DNA from: Nemertoderma westbladi
Taxonomy: Eukaryota; Animalia; Xenacoelomorpha
Direction: 5' to 3'
DNA length: 64,000 nt
NCBI GenBank assembly: GCA_032718475.1
Contig: JAUCBJ010007525.1
Location: forward strand, 46,063-110,062
This document shows positions 1-9,757 of this stretch, one piece after another. Positions within the stretch are counted from its first letter, which is position 1, and the number at the start of each line of letters is the position of its first letter. The notes under the pieces are model-generated. The model saw only the letters and a program-made list of their open reading frames with translations. It made no database searches and was not told the DNA's origin. Both the position numbers and the translations under genes were made by a program.

Positions 1-697
1 CAGTTACGATTTGTTGAGTGCGGAGGTGTTCGTGTATTGCAGCCAGAACCTCCCCCATCATTTTATCTGTATCCTGGGGAATATTGATGGCGTAGTAGAC
101 CCGATTTAAAAAGTCGGGACTGCAATACGTGAAGAAGGTGGCAACCTGATCCTGCCTAGGTTTACTCTCCAGTTTCGTTATTCTCGCGTAATTTCGCCAC
201 CCGACCTCCCACCTTTTAAACGCTTTAAATTCAATCTCGTCTTCAATGAGACTGGGAGGACGTACTGTAAGTTTAGTACCGTCTCTCCCACCAGAATTGG
301 ATGCCGTAAATTCCTGGTTGTTTCTGCCGGAATATAAAGTTGTATCGGCGATGTGATCGGTATGGAGAGCTTCTAAAAGTCGAGCCTGTTGTTCCTCGTG
401 GCGGGTTTGGAGCATGTCCATTTGGGCGAACAATGCCTGCTGTTGCTGTGCTAGCAATGCGGCAATGGTATCGGATCCAATTCCAGTTATAGTTGCCTTC
501 GCCGCTTCGGGCGAATCCCCCTCGAGGAAGTTTACCAGGTGTTTTTTAAGGACTTTAGAGGACGTGCGATCATTGAATGGTAGACCTGCGTTTCTGAGGT
601 GTATCTTTAATGTCTCGCGAGGTATATCCGCAACCTCGTCTGGGTCGAGGTTTAGTGTATCGTCCTCGGTAGGCGGGTCCATATTTGTTCCGATCAC
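1..697 (-). pseudogene. Ty3/Gypsy gag 5' part (runs off the window start); duplicate of 21148-21844
   Basis: Nearly identical to 21148-21844 (offset 21147), which encodes the N-terminus of the 428-aa gag at 20558-21844. Confidence 0.85.
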
Positions 698-781
698 AAG
701 TTAAAATTCCAAATTCCTTTGAATACGCTAATGCTGTAATATCCGGTTATAAATTATAAATTGCTACCTCAAACTGTGCCA

Positions 782-902
782 TGGTATGTATCGTACCGCG
801 TGGTTAAGCAAATGCATAATTAATCAGATATTGTATAATGTTCTGATACACAGTCAGACAGTGTTGTGTCAACCAAGTACGGGTACGGTACTCATAACTA
901 GT
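782..902 (-). repeat. Gypsy LTR, part 1 (split by the Polinton; remainder at 19232-19256)
   Basis: 782-902 joined to 19232-19256 reproduces the uninterrupted copy at 21929-22074. A PBS-like TGGCACAG follows on the minus strand. Confidence 0.7.
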
Positions 903-1217
903 AGTAGTATACATTACATGGTTCCTCAACCAAGGTCACCCGTAGTCCATCATTACCATCCATTTCTGGTACTGCAGCCAATCAGAAGCCACCATTTCAA
1001 CCTTTTGCAGTGGTCGTTATTATTTCAACCAATCAGATGTCAGCATTTCATCCGTAACCATGGTAACTTCTCAAGTTCCCGCTTATTCCGCTAGAGGCGT
1101 TATTAGTCACCCAACGCTAGTACTGCATCCAATCACCAACCTTTATTTTACAGGTGTTCGGGTGTCTACACTTAGCATCAGGTAACTTCTATTATTTTTC
1201 AAATCGCAATTTTTCAC
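903..1217 (+). repeat. Polinton left terminal inverted repeat
   Basis: Reverse complement of 18911-19225 with about 2 mismatches seen by eye; AGT-repeat terminus; several CCAATCA motifs. Confidence 0.95.
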
Positions 1218-1796
1218 CAAACATTGCATATTCATCTTCACATAGCCTAACCTCACGATGTATGGCTAGCCCCCATCCCATCGCTACTCAATCCACAGCT
1301 GTTACCCACCCAACCAACCAATCAACAGCGATGTTTGCCTAACCCTACGGTTATTCACCTTTTCACCACGTTACCGCCACTACCACGTTACCACCACCAC
1401 TGTATACTGTATATGGTGACGACGTGGCCACCAACTACTCGCATCGTGCATATATTATATTATATCGATTGCTAACTCCACGACACCCGTCGCCAAACCA
1501 ACAAACCAACCACTCAGTATGATACATGAGATTCCGTCACGTTCCAGCTATGCGTATACGAGTATTAGTGATTATTATTACGCAATAATTTTTTTTGATT
1601 ATACAGTAGTTCCCTACCAGCTAATCAACCAATCAATAAACCAAATTTAGGCTATTTTTCAGTTGAAGACCTGTATTATTTTTGAAAATATCTTATATAT
1701 AATCTCTTGCTTTAATCGCAATTAATCATTTGTAATGGTTTTAGTTTAAAAAGTTTTTACTTTGTTTGTTTGATTTACAATAAAATTAATTAAATA

Positions 1797-2240
1797 ATGT
1801 CTTCTGATTCCAATATGGTTATGCCAATAGTAAGGCATTCATTTTTCGCAGAAGATGGTGAAGCCTATATTGTTATTGATCATACAATTTACCGTCAAGG
1901 AGATGATAAATATAAAATTGAATTTTCTGAAAAAGCCAGGAAAGTTTTAAGCTCAATTGATATTGATGCTTCTGATAATAGTATTCATCTTTTAGATTAC
2001 AACCTGAAAGCTGAGCATGGGGGAAAATTAACCAACATCTTACTATTATCCATGATAGAGGGGTTTATTGTTATTACACAATACAACGAAGCTGGTGAAA
2101 AGTTTGAAATACGGCTAAATCGGCATAGCCCCTACGAAATTATGTCTTTCTTTATTGTAATGATTTCAAAAGAATCCTTTGTCGAACCTGAAGAATCAGC
2201 GGATAATGTTGAATATGTTGATAATATCATTGATTCTTGA
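1797..2240 (+). CDS. Polinton hypothetical protein, 147 aa, acidic C-terminus
   Basis: ATG ORF in TAAATAATG context, first gene inside the left TIR; no motif recognised. Confidence 0.65.
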   Translation: MSSDSNMVMPIVRHSFFAEDGEAYIVIDHTIYRQGDDKYKIEFSEKARKVLSSIDIDASDNSIHLLDYNLKAEHGGKLTNILLLSMIEGFIVITQYNEAGEKFEIRLNRHSPYEIMSFFIVMISKESFVEPEESADNVEYVDNIIDS

Positions 2241-2405
2241 CTTTTCCCCCTATATTATAAATATTTTATGATTATATATAAAATTTTGTTGTTTTTAAAT
2301 AATCGAAAATTGTAGTAGTATTTGTATATACAGTATAACAGTTTTGTTTGTTGTTGTTGTTGTGTATTGTGGTAATTATTTTCAATTTACTTTAAAATTT
2401 GGAAA

Positions 2406-2858
2406 ATGGATATTTTAAATGAAAAATGTCCAGTTTGCTATTCTAAGTTATTGCAACAACATCGAGATTATTATAAATGTGAAAATAAACATGCAACTTG
2501 CGTACAATGTATTGTACAATATTCCGAAATGAATAATTATTGTTCTAAAATTTGTCCTATTTGTCGCGCACCCATATCTAAGTTTAATATAAAGTTGGCA
2601 AGATACCAACCCTATTATTGGAAAGAGCTTCGCAATATAACTTATATTTCTGCGAAAAGTAATGATCCGGGAGATTTATTTACAATCTTGGAGAATATTT
2701 TTTATAGAAACGTAGTACGACGCTGTTGCTACTATATTCCTTATTTTTTTAGCAGCGAACATAAAAAAATCATTAGCGCGAAATTTTCGGGAAGTGATTT
2801 CCAAACCGCCGATGTTACCTATCATTATTTCGTGTATAAAGATGCTCACCATGCTTGA
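2406..2858 (+). CDS. RING-finger protein (putative E3 ubiquitin ligase)
   Basis: CPVC...CENKHATCVQC...CPICR fits a C3HC4-type RING pattern. Confidence 0.75.
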   Translation: MDILNEKCPVCYSKLLQQHRDYYKCENKHATCVQCIVQYSEMNNYCSKICPICRAPISKFNIKLARYQPYYWKELRNITYISAKSNDPGDLFTILENIFYRNVVRRCCYYIPYFFSSEHKKIISAKFSGSDFQTADVTYHYFVYKDAHHA

Positions 2859-3109
2859 AATTACATCAGTCTATACTATAATTGGAAATAGCACCTTTTG
2901 CTGCAGCGAGCGTCACATACTGTAGTGGCGTCATATGTTAATTAAATATACAGTACTCTAATATTGTAGTTGCATCAATTATTGTTATATACATAGTAAT
3001 GGTGTTGGTTTATTGATATTGATATTATATTATATTGTATTGTTGATATATCTTAATAATAATAATAAATGGCTGACTTTAATTCAGGTCCATATAATTT
3101 AAACTTTCA

Positions 3110-3748
3110 ATGGGCACAAGTATGATAATTTCAGGGCCATCTGGTTCCGGAAAGTCAACCTTTGTAAGCAATTTAATTAAACACAAGAATGGTTGTTTCA
3201 ACGAAGCCCCCTTGCGAGTATTGTATTGTTACGGGAGCAATCCCCCGACTATTCCCGGTATTACTCACCTTTACAAAGGCTTGCCTGAAAATATAGATAG
3301 TTTAGTGAATAGTCGAGATTTATTAATTATAGATGATTTGTTAACAGAAACTGAGTCCAGTACAGCTTTAACTGTATTGTTTACTAAGGTAGCTCATCAT
3401 TCCAATATATTTATTTGTTTTATAACGCAAAACATGTTTTACGGTGGGAAGCATAACCGCACAAGATCAATTAATAGCCATACTTTAGTATTAATGAAAA
3501 ATCCGAGAGACAGTCTATCGGTTTTAAATTTCGCGAAGCAGATGTTACCAGGGCAGACCAAATTTTTAGTTGATTCCTATCAAGATGCGTCAATTCAACC
3601 ATTTTCACATTTCTTAATTGATTTACGACAGGAAACACCCGAACATTTAAGATTTAGATCTGATATATTTCGTAATCATAATTGTTACATTAAAAATTAC
3701 ACTGACTATAAACGTAGCGAAAATAATAATAATAATAATGATAAATAA
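3110..3748 (+). CDS. A32/FtsK-like genome packaging ATPase
   Basis: Walker A GPSGSGKST, Walker B LLIIDD, and ITQN...RTRSINS...KNPRD motifs typical of Polinton ATPases. The true start may be ATG 3069 via a 1-nt frameshift. Confidence 0.93.
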   Translation: MGTSMIISGPSGSGKSTFVSNLIKHKNGCFNEAPLRVLYCYGSNPPTIPGITHLYKGLPENIDSLVNSRDLLIIDDLLTETESSTALTVLFTKVAHHSNIFICFITQNMFYGGKHNRTRSINSHTLVLMKNPRDSLSVLNFAKQMLPGQTKFLVDSYQDASIQPFSHFLIDLRQETPEHLRFRSDIFRNHNCYIKNYTDYKRSENNNNNNDK

Positions 3749-3785
3749 TTAATATTTTGTAACAATTTTCAATAATGTTGCAACA

Positions 3786-4169
3786 ATGAATAGACTTGTG
3801 CAGAAATATCGTAACGAACTGGAATTTCTACGCAGCGCTACCCCTCAACAAAGAACTTATTTTATTAACCATACCGCCAGTAACGAATTAATACGGCTCA
3901 TTGTAAATACTGCATTAAATGTTCTAAAAGGTAATGTACAATTGACCCCTCATTCATTTAGAAATATTCGCCACTATAAGAAGGTATTGAAATCACTCAA
4001 CCGTAAAACAAAAAATATATCAAGTTACAGAAAAAAGTTAAGCAATCAATCTGGAGGCATACTACCGTTTCTAATACCCTTACTCGGCATTGGTGCGAAA
4101 CTCGCAGCGAGTGCCGGTGCCGCTGCCGCGGGGGCTGCTATTGCGAAAAAAATTAACCGTGGACGGTAA
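3786..4169 (+). CDS. Conserved small basic Polinton virion protein (PW-like) with QSGG/ILPFL putative adenain site
   Basis: Basic helical N-part, then QSGG-ILPFLIPLLG hydrophobic segment; lies between ATPase and integrase as in other Polintons. Confidence 0.7.
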   Translation: MNRLVQKYRNELEFLRSATPQQRTYFINHTASNELIRLIVNTALNVLKGNVQLTPHSFRNIRHYKKVLKSLNRKTKNISSYRKKLSNQSGGILPFLIPLLGIGAKLAASAGAAAAGAAIAKKINRGR

Positions 4170-4171
4170 TA

Positions 4172-4342
4172 ATGGTTAAAACGGGAGTAACATTTAGAAA
4201 ATTATATTTAGTATCGAGTAAACCGTTAGCTGCTGATTTAAAACCACAAGATATACCTAGAGTAAATACTACAAAAAGAAAACCCTTTAAAACATCAACT
4301 TCGAAGAAAATAATTAAAAAATTTCAGTTGTTCTTACGGTGA
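4172..4342 (+). CDS. Small Lys-rich ORF (56 aa), not in the supplied track
   Basis: ATG 4172 in AATAATG context 2 nt after the previous stop; MVKTGVTFRKLYLVSSKP...KKFQLFLR*. Confidence 0.4.
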   Translation: MVKTGVTFRKLYLVSSKPLAADLKPQDIPRVNTTKRKPFKTSTSKKIIKKFQLFLR

Positions 4343-4393
4343 TGCCCTTTATAAGAGATTTGAATATACATATTACTTGCGGTTGTCGAAAAG

Positions 4394-5485
4394 ATGCCTC
4401 GCAAGATGAAACCGATTCTAAGCCGAAGCTTAGACAAAAAACTGTTAAGAATTTATTTAGATCCTTCATCCCCCGCGGGATTTGCAAGTGTTGCAAAATT
4501 AGCAAAAGCTGCAAACATCAAACCAGCGCAAGCCCAGAAATGGTTGAGCGGACAAAAGGCATACACCCTTCACGCTCCACGTAGACAACATTATCCAACA
4601 TCTAAAATATTTACGGGAGGCATAAAAGATATATATATGATAGATCTGGTGGATATGCAGCAATATAAATCGCAAAATAATCATTATAACTATATATTAA
4701 CGTGCATTGATGCCTTCAGTCGGCTTGCTTTTGCCTATGCTATGAAAACAAAAAAGGGTGTTGAAATTATTAGTATATTGCAAAAAATATTCCAGAAAGG
4801 AAAACCAAACAGAATCGCCACAGATCAAGGTTCTGAGTTTCTAAATAAATCTGTAAGGAAATATTTAGATACGTTAGGTATACAGTATTACGTAATGTAT
4901 TCTGTGAATAAGGCGGCTATTGTCGAGAGATTCAACAGAACCTTAAAAACAAAGATGTTCAAAATTTTCACGCAAAGGGGAAATAATATTTGGATAAAAA
5001 TTTTACCTAAGCTTATCTCGGCTTATAATAGGTCGTATCATAGGACAATAAAAATGACACCTATTGAAGTTAATAAATTTAATGAAACTGAATTAATGAA
5101 TAGATTATATGGGAAATATAGACAGATAAATCACAAGAAAATAAAATTTAAAGTTGGAGATACAGTACGATTATCTATTGCTCGTACTGCTTTTGCTAAA
5201 GGCTATCGAGAACAATGGACACGTGAATTATTTATTATTCATCGTGTCAGGTTGGATAGAGTACCAGCGGTAATGTTCGATATTAAGGACAGCGCCGTAG
5301 CTATAATAAAGGGCTCATTTTATTCTCACGAACTCCAAAAGATCCACCCGAATAGTAATATTTATCTAGCAATTGACAAAAAAAATATTGGCAAACTTAA
5401 AGAACGTGTACGCAATGGGAAGAAAGAATATTTAGTCCGATTCATCGGATCCAAGAAACAGTCCTGGGTACAGCATATTCAATAA
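4394..5485 (+). CDS. Retroviral-like (rve) DDE integrase with C-terminal chromo-like domain
   Basis: IDLVD, TDQGSEF and VERFNRTLK catalytic motifs; YNRSYHRTIKMTP; C-terminal KKEYLVRFIG...SWV. Confidence 0.96.
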   Translation: MPRKMKPILSRSLDKKLLRIYLDPSSPAGFASVAKLAKAANIKPAQAQKWLSGQKAYTLHAPRRQHYPTSKIFTGGIKDIYMIDLVDMQQYKSQNNHYNYILTCIDAFSRLAFAYAMKTKKGVEIISILQKIFQKGKPNRIATDQGSEFLNKSVRKYLDTLGIQYYVMYSVNKAAIVERFNRTLKTKMFKIFTQRGNNIWIKILPKLISAYNRSYHRTIKMTPIEVNKFNETELMNRLYGKYRQINHKKIKFKVGDTVRLSIARTAFAKGYREQWTRELFIIHRVRLDRVPAVMFDIKDSAVAIIKGSFYSHELQKIHPNSNIYLAIDKKNIGKLKERVRNGKKEYLVRFIGSKKQSWVQHIQ

Positions 5486-5733
5486 GCTTAGGTTTATACT
5501 GTATATTAATTCATTTTGGTCGCATATGACCGTAATTAATCAATAATATTAACTCGAATGATATTACTATATCTATAGTTCATCCGCTTTAAATAAAGCC
5601 AGTAAAATATTGATCCCTCGCATATACTGTAGAAGATGAGGCAATGAACGTGGTCACAGATGTCTATAATTTAACATTATACTGTATGTACAAAGGAGTC
5701 AAGTAGAGAGAGCGAGCTTAAATAATAATAATA

Positions 5734-6606
5734 ATGGGCACAGATACATATATCACTCTACTTTCAGATAGTTCATTAAACACTTACCCCAATAATAATC
5801 CTAGCGAGTTTACTGTTGATTTAGCTGAAGAATTATATATTGGTCCAAACGCCAAAATTGGGCTTGCTGAACTTCAATATCAAGCAACATACAGTAATAT
5901 TACGCTGCAAACTCAAATTTCGCTGTCAATCGGGGTAGATGCAAAAGATGCCAAATTATATAGTTTATTTCCTGGTATGCATAACTCTATTCAAGTCATT
6001 ATTGATGATATAAATAAACTGTTTAATTCTGAAGCGAAATATAGAGATTTCGAATTCATTTTTAATACAAATAATTCTAGAATTAAATTTAAATTTCCTA
6101 AAAAGTTGAAAAAAATACAATTAAGTCTACGTGGTGATTTAATACAAATTCTAGGCTTAAAACCGTTATTGGATCGGAATCATCCGGATATTCCGAATTG
6201 GGATATATACAGTACCACTACAGTAGATGAATTAAGCAATATAGAACAGCCAATATTAATTTTAAATTATAGCGGGCCAAAAATTTCGGAAATTGGTAAT
6301 TTAGATTTTCCAGCTCCCACGAATATAACTCATAATAAAGACACTATCTTTATATACACAGATATTATTAAGAGCTCATTTGTTGGCGACGCTTTAGCAC
6401 CGCTCTTAAGAACCTGTCCTTTAACGCAATTAAATCGAAAATATATTAATCACGAATACGAGAGCATTTGCTATTACCCGTTGTTGAATAAAAAACTAAA
6501 AACAATCTTAATTACTTTACGTGACGGCCAAGGCCAATTAATTAACTTCAGCGGAGGTCGCACTGTTATAACACTTAAGTTAATACGGGGTGGCGGTGAT
6601 GGATGA
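5734..6606 (+). CDS. Minor capsid protein (penton-like) 1
   Basis: N-terminal YITLLSDSS...YPNNNPSEFTVDL and C-terminal FIYTDII...VGD..APLLR...YYPL...ITLRDGQG..INF, typical of Polinton mCP. Confidence 0.85.
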   Translation: MGTDTYITLLSDSSLNTYPNNNPSEFTVDLAEELYIGPNAKIGLAELQYQATYSNITLQTQISLSIGVDAKDAKLYSLFPGMHNSIQVIIDDINKLFNSEAKYRDFEFIFNTNNSRIKFKFPKKLKKIQLSLRGDLIQILGLKPLLDRNHPDIPNWDIYSTTTVDELSNIEQPILILNYSGPKISEIGNLDFPAPTNITHNKDTIFIYTDIIKSSFVGDALAPLLRTCPLTQLNRKYINHEYESICYYPLLNKKLKTILITLRDGQGQLINFSGGRTVITLKLIRGGGDG

Positions 6607-7444
6607 GTTCTACGTTAGACTACCAAGTAATTCCTGTCCAATTGATTTTCCCCGCAATAGCGCTAGTAATTATCAGATAAATTTCCACGGCGCCTTACCT
6701 ATAAATCCAAACGAAAACTGGGTGGTAGGTATAAAAAGTATATTTTACTTAGCAACGTTACCGTCCATGTATAACAATGTAGAGAATGTTATTTTATTAA
6801 AAAAAGGAAAAAAAAATTTTGAGGATACACTTCCATCCGGTTTGTTCTACAGTATCAATGACATTATAGATTATTTTAACACGGGGGCATTGAAAGATAA
6901 ATTACAAATAGTTGAAAATACTCAGCAAAATAGGTTGCAATTTATTTTAGGGAAAACTGTGCAAGAGTTATTTATAGGTCAACAATTAGCCTATTATTTT
7001 GGAATTACTGAAAATAATCTCGGCGCGAATTTAAATCCAAATTTTAAAATTATTTTGAAGACGAAAAATAATATAAAGGGTTATTTAATAAAGGTTATCG
7101 GAAATGGAGAAAAAGCTTACCAGATGGTATTTTTATGCCCTCAACCACCCAATTCTATTCCAGAACCTAAGTCGAACATGTACGTGACTACTAATATAAT
7201 TGAAAATCAATATATTAATGACTTTGGTTTAGCTTTACTTCGTCGTGTTGCGATACCTGATGATGTGAAATATGGTAGCGTAATAAATAAAGAATTTGTC
7301 AAGGATACAATTCATTATATCCCTGTAAAAAAATCATATAAGATAACATACATTCATATTGAAGTAACAGACAAAGAAGGAAAAGATTTGAATTTTGAAT
7401 ACGGCACAACTTCTATTATATTACACTTTAAACGTATAAATTAA
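6599..7444 (+). CDS. Minor capsid protein (penton-like) 2
   Basis: FYVRLPSNS...FPRNSASNY and YVTTNII...LLRRV...YIPV...IEVTDKEG..LNF..GTTSIILHFKR; ATG 6599 overlaps the end of mCP1. Confidence 0.83.
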   Translation: MDEFYVRLPSNSCPIDFPRNSASNYQINFHGALPINPNENWVVGIKSIFYLATLPSMYNNVENVILLKKGKKNFEDTLPSGLFYSINDIIDYFNTGALKDKLQIVENTQQNRLQFILGKTVQELFIGQQLAYYFGITENNLGANLNPNFKIILKTKNNIKGYLIKVIGNGEKAYQMVFLCPQPPNSIPEPKSNMYVTTNIIENQYINDFGLALLRRVAIPDDVKYGSVINKEFVKDTIHYIPVKKSYKITYIHIEVTDKEGKDLNFEYGTTSIILHFKRIN

Positions 7445-7445
7445 A

Positions 7446-8006
7446 ATGGATTCTGATTTATTTCAAAGATACAGTAAACCTCAATATGGGGGTTCAGACT
7501 CGAATCTTGCTGTTTTTAAAGGCGGAAGAAGTACCAGAGGTTCGACGCAAGTTCCTCTTTTTCGAGGTGGTTCATATATTGACCCTTACGGTCAACAAAT
7601 TGGCACATTTGGTCCAAACTTAAAACAACGTCGTTTTCAGCGTTATCGTAGAGGTATGCAGGCAAATCAACACGGAGAAGGTATATTTACAGACGCTTTA
7701 TCGACATTGAAAAAATTTGGTAAGCCATTAGCTAAAAAAGTTTTACAGAAAGCTTTACCATTTACCACAAAATTTATGAGACAACACGTAATACCAAAAG
7801 GTAAGCGGGTCTTACATCAGCAGGCTAATACGGTTATTAATAAAGCATTAAATAAAATGAAACCGTCAACAAGATCGGTTGTAGAAAAAGTTTATAGAGA
7901 TTTAAAGCGACCCGCTAGACCAATGTCTATGAACATACATCATCGACGTAGTAAAAAGAGAAATATAAAGGGCAAACTGAAACACTGCGAAAAAAGTATT
8001 TTTTAA
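7446..8006 (+). CDS. Basic core/membrane-active virion protein (pVI/pVII-like) with protease sites
   Basis: QYGG, FKGG, FRGG and QHGEG motifs, followed by the amphipathic helix IFTDALSTLKKFGKPLAKKVLQKAL; Arg/Lys-rich. Confidence 0.65.
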   Translation: MDSDLFQRYSKPQYGGSDSNLAVFKGGRSTRGSTQVPLFRGGSYIDPYGQQIGTFGPNLKQRRFQRYRRGMQANQHGEGIFTDALSTLKKFGKPLAKKVLQKALPFTTKFMRQHVIPKGKRVLHQQANTVINKALNKMKPSTRSVVEKVYRDLKRPARPMSMNIHHRRSKKRNIKGKLKHCEKSIF

Positions 8007-8008
8007 TA

Positions 8009-9268
8009 ATGTCAATTATTAAGGAATTAGATTTATTTTCTACACAGCCAATACAGACTGAATTTAAAGCAAAGCATTATGAAACAATTTACCCCGTATC
8101 TAATCTCAGAAGTGAATCTAGGGAGGTCACCTTCCTTGTACCCAGATCCAATGAATTCTATACGAAACTGCAAGACGCGTTATTAATTACAAAATGTACT
8201 GTACGCTGGGATAGACGACTTGAAAACTCTCATATATATATGCTGAATTACCCCGCTGAAACTATGTGGAGTGATATTAAAATAGACCTTAATGAGAAGC
8301 AGGTTGAAAATAGCAATAACCATTATTTCCACAAGTCGTACTTATCCAATTTATTATTTACAACTTACGAGGATAAAAATGGGCTACTGGGTGCGGGTGG
8401 CTTTCATCAACCTTTATCTGAGCATGGAAATGAAATTGATCCCGGCGCGCATCCTATTGCCGATGCCTTTAGTAAACAAATGCAATTTGTAAGTGGATTG
8501 ACGATTGATTTTGATACTGAAACTAAAATAATACAACCCGGGTATGATTTAAGAATGCATTTTAGAAAAGTATCAAATTCGTTTATTTTTAAAATCACTC
8601 CAAACGCAAACGCCGTGACAAATCTTCGACTAGAATTAGATGAAATAAAGATTCTAATCCCTAGAATAGAGGTTAATCCTGTAATAGAAAGCAGTCACCT
8701 AAAAGGTTTAGAGAGTTACGATATTGAATATCAATTCCAAAAAAAGGAGGTGACAACATTTACTATTCCCGCACAAACCACCAATTACACCCAAACAAAC
8801 ATATTTGATGGTAAAAAACCCAAATTAGTTATTATCGGCTTCATAACAAATAACTCTTATTCGGGAGAATTAATTAGCAATCCCTTGAAATTTGAACATT
8901 TTAACCTTAGACGCGCGGAACTGATTGTAGACGGTCTTCCAGTAGGGGGTGTAATATACGAGCCTAATTTTACAGATGGAACATATATTTTTGAGTATAC
9001 TCAATTAATGAAAAACATTAATACATATATTAACGGTTATGGAGGTAATAATATAGACCATGAAACCTACTTAGGTAATTGCCCCCTCTTATCCTGGGAC
9101 CTAACTGCCGACGGCTATGTTAGAGATCCGCAACCCTCGATATATACTAACGGCCAATTAAAATTAAGATTTGCCGAACCGTTGGTTGAAACCATAAATG
9201 TAATCGTTTTTAATATTTATGATCAATCATTAAGTTTAAATAGCAGGAAAGAAATACATATCGATTAA
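8009..9268 (+). CDS. Major capsid protein (double jelly-roll, PY)
   Basis: ELDLFSTQPIQT..YETIYPVS N-terminus; PKLVIIGF...YSG...NPLKFEHFNL; WDLTAD; LKLRFAEPL; 419 aa. Confidence 0.93.
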   Translation: MSIIKELDLFSTQPIQTEFKAKHYETIYPVSNLRSESREVTFLVPRSNEFYTKLQDALLITKCTVRWDRRLENSHIYMLNYPAETMWSDIKIDLNEKQVENSNNHYFHKSYLSNLLFTTYEDKNGLLGAGGFHQPLSEHGNEIDPGAHPIADAFSKQMQFVSGLTIDFDTETKIIQPGYDLRMHFRKVSNSFIFKITPNANAVTNLRLELDEIKILIPRIEVNPVIESSHLKGLESYDIEYQFQKKEVTTFTIPAQTTNYTQTNIFDGKKPKLVIIGFITNNSYSGELISNPLKFEHFNLRRAELIVDGLPVGGVIYEPNFTDGTYIFEYTQLMKNINTYINGYGGNNIDHETYLGNCPLLSWDLTADGYVRDPQPSIYTNGQLKLRFAEPLVETINVIVFNIYDQSLSLNSRKEIHID

Positions 9269-9270
9269 GT

Positions 9271-9726
9271 ATGTTATCTACAGAGGACCTTGATATGTTT
9301 CCAGTGGGTGGTCACTATTTGGGAGCGTTTCCAGCTAACAAATTACCTAAATTAGATAATAATAATAAGCGGCAGGATTATGGCTTGATAGTAAATACCG
9401 ATAAAGAGCATCTGCCTGGGATTCATTGGATCGCGATATATATACGAGATAATGAGGCCGAAGTATTTGACTTGTTTGGACCAAAATATCCAAACAGATG
9501 CATCGAAAAATGGCTTGAGAAAAATTCCGCGAGGTGGCGTACTACTCGCAAACAATTTCAAGACCCCCGGAGGACCACATGCGGTCTGTACTGTCTGTAT
9601 TATTTGGTAAATCGTATTCACACAATCTATCCAATGAGTGCATTTACAAATAATGTGGAAATAAATGAAATTATATTATATAAATGGCTTGTTAATTATT
9701 ATAAATTAAACCAACAAACTTTGTAA
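9271..9726 (+). CDS. Adenain-like cysteine maturation protease
   Basis: NTD...PGIHWIA (His), VFD (Asp), Q..TTCGLYC (Gln/Cys). Confidence 0.93.
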   Translation: MLSTEDLDMFPVGGHYLGAFPANKLPKLDNNNKRQDYGLIVNTDKEHLPGIHWIAIYIRDNEAEVFDLFGPKYPNRCIEKWLEKNSARWRTTRKQFQDPRRTTCGLYCLYYLVNRIHTIYPMSAFTNNVEINEIILYKWLVNYYKLNQQTL

Positions 9727-9757
9727 TTAATTATTTAACTTTTGTTTATCAGATAAA

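Noticed and set aside
786-1342. ORFs of 102 and 62 aa, and mirror ORFs at 18623-19345 and 22265-22627
   Set aside because: They lie in TIR/LTR sequence and cross element junctions; their recurrence reflects the repeats.
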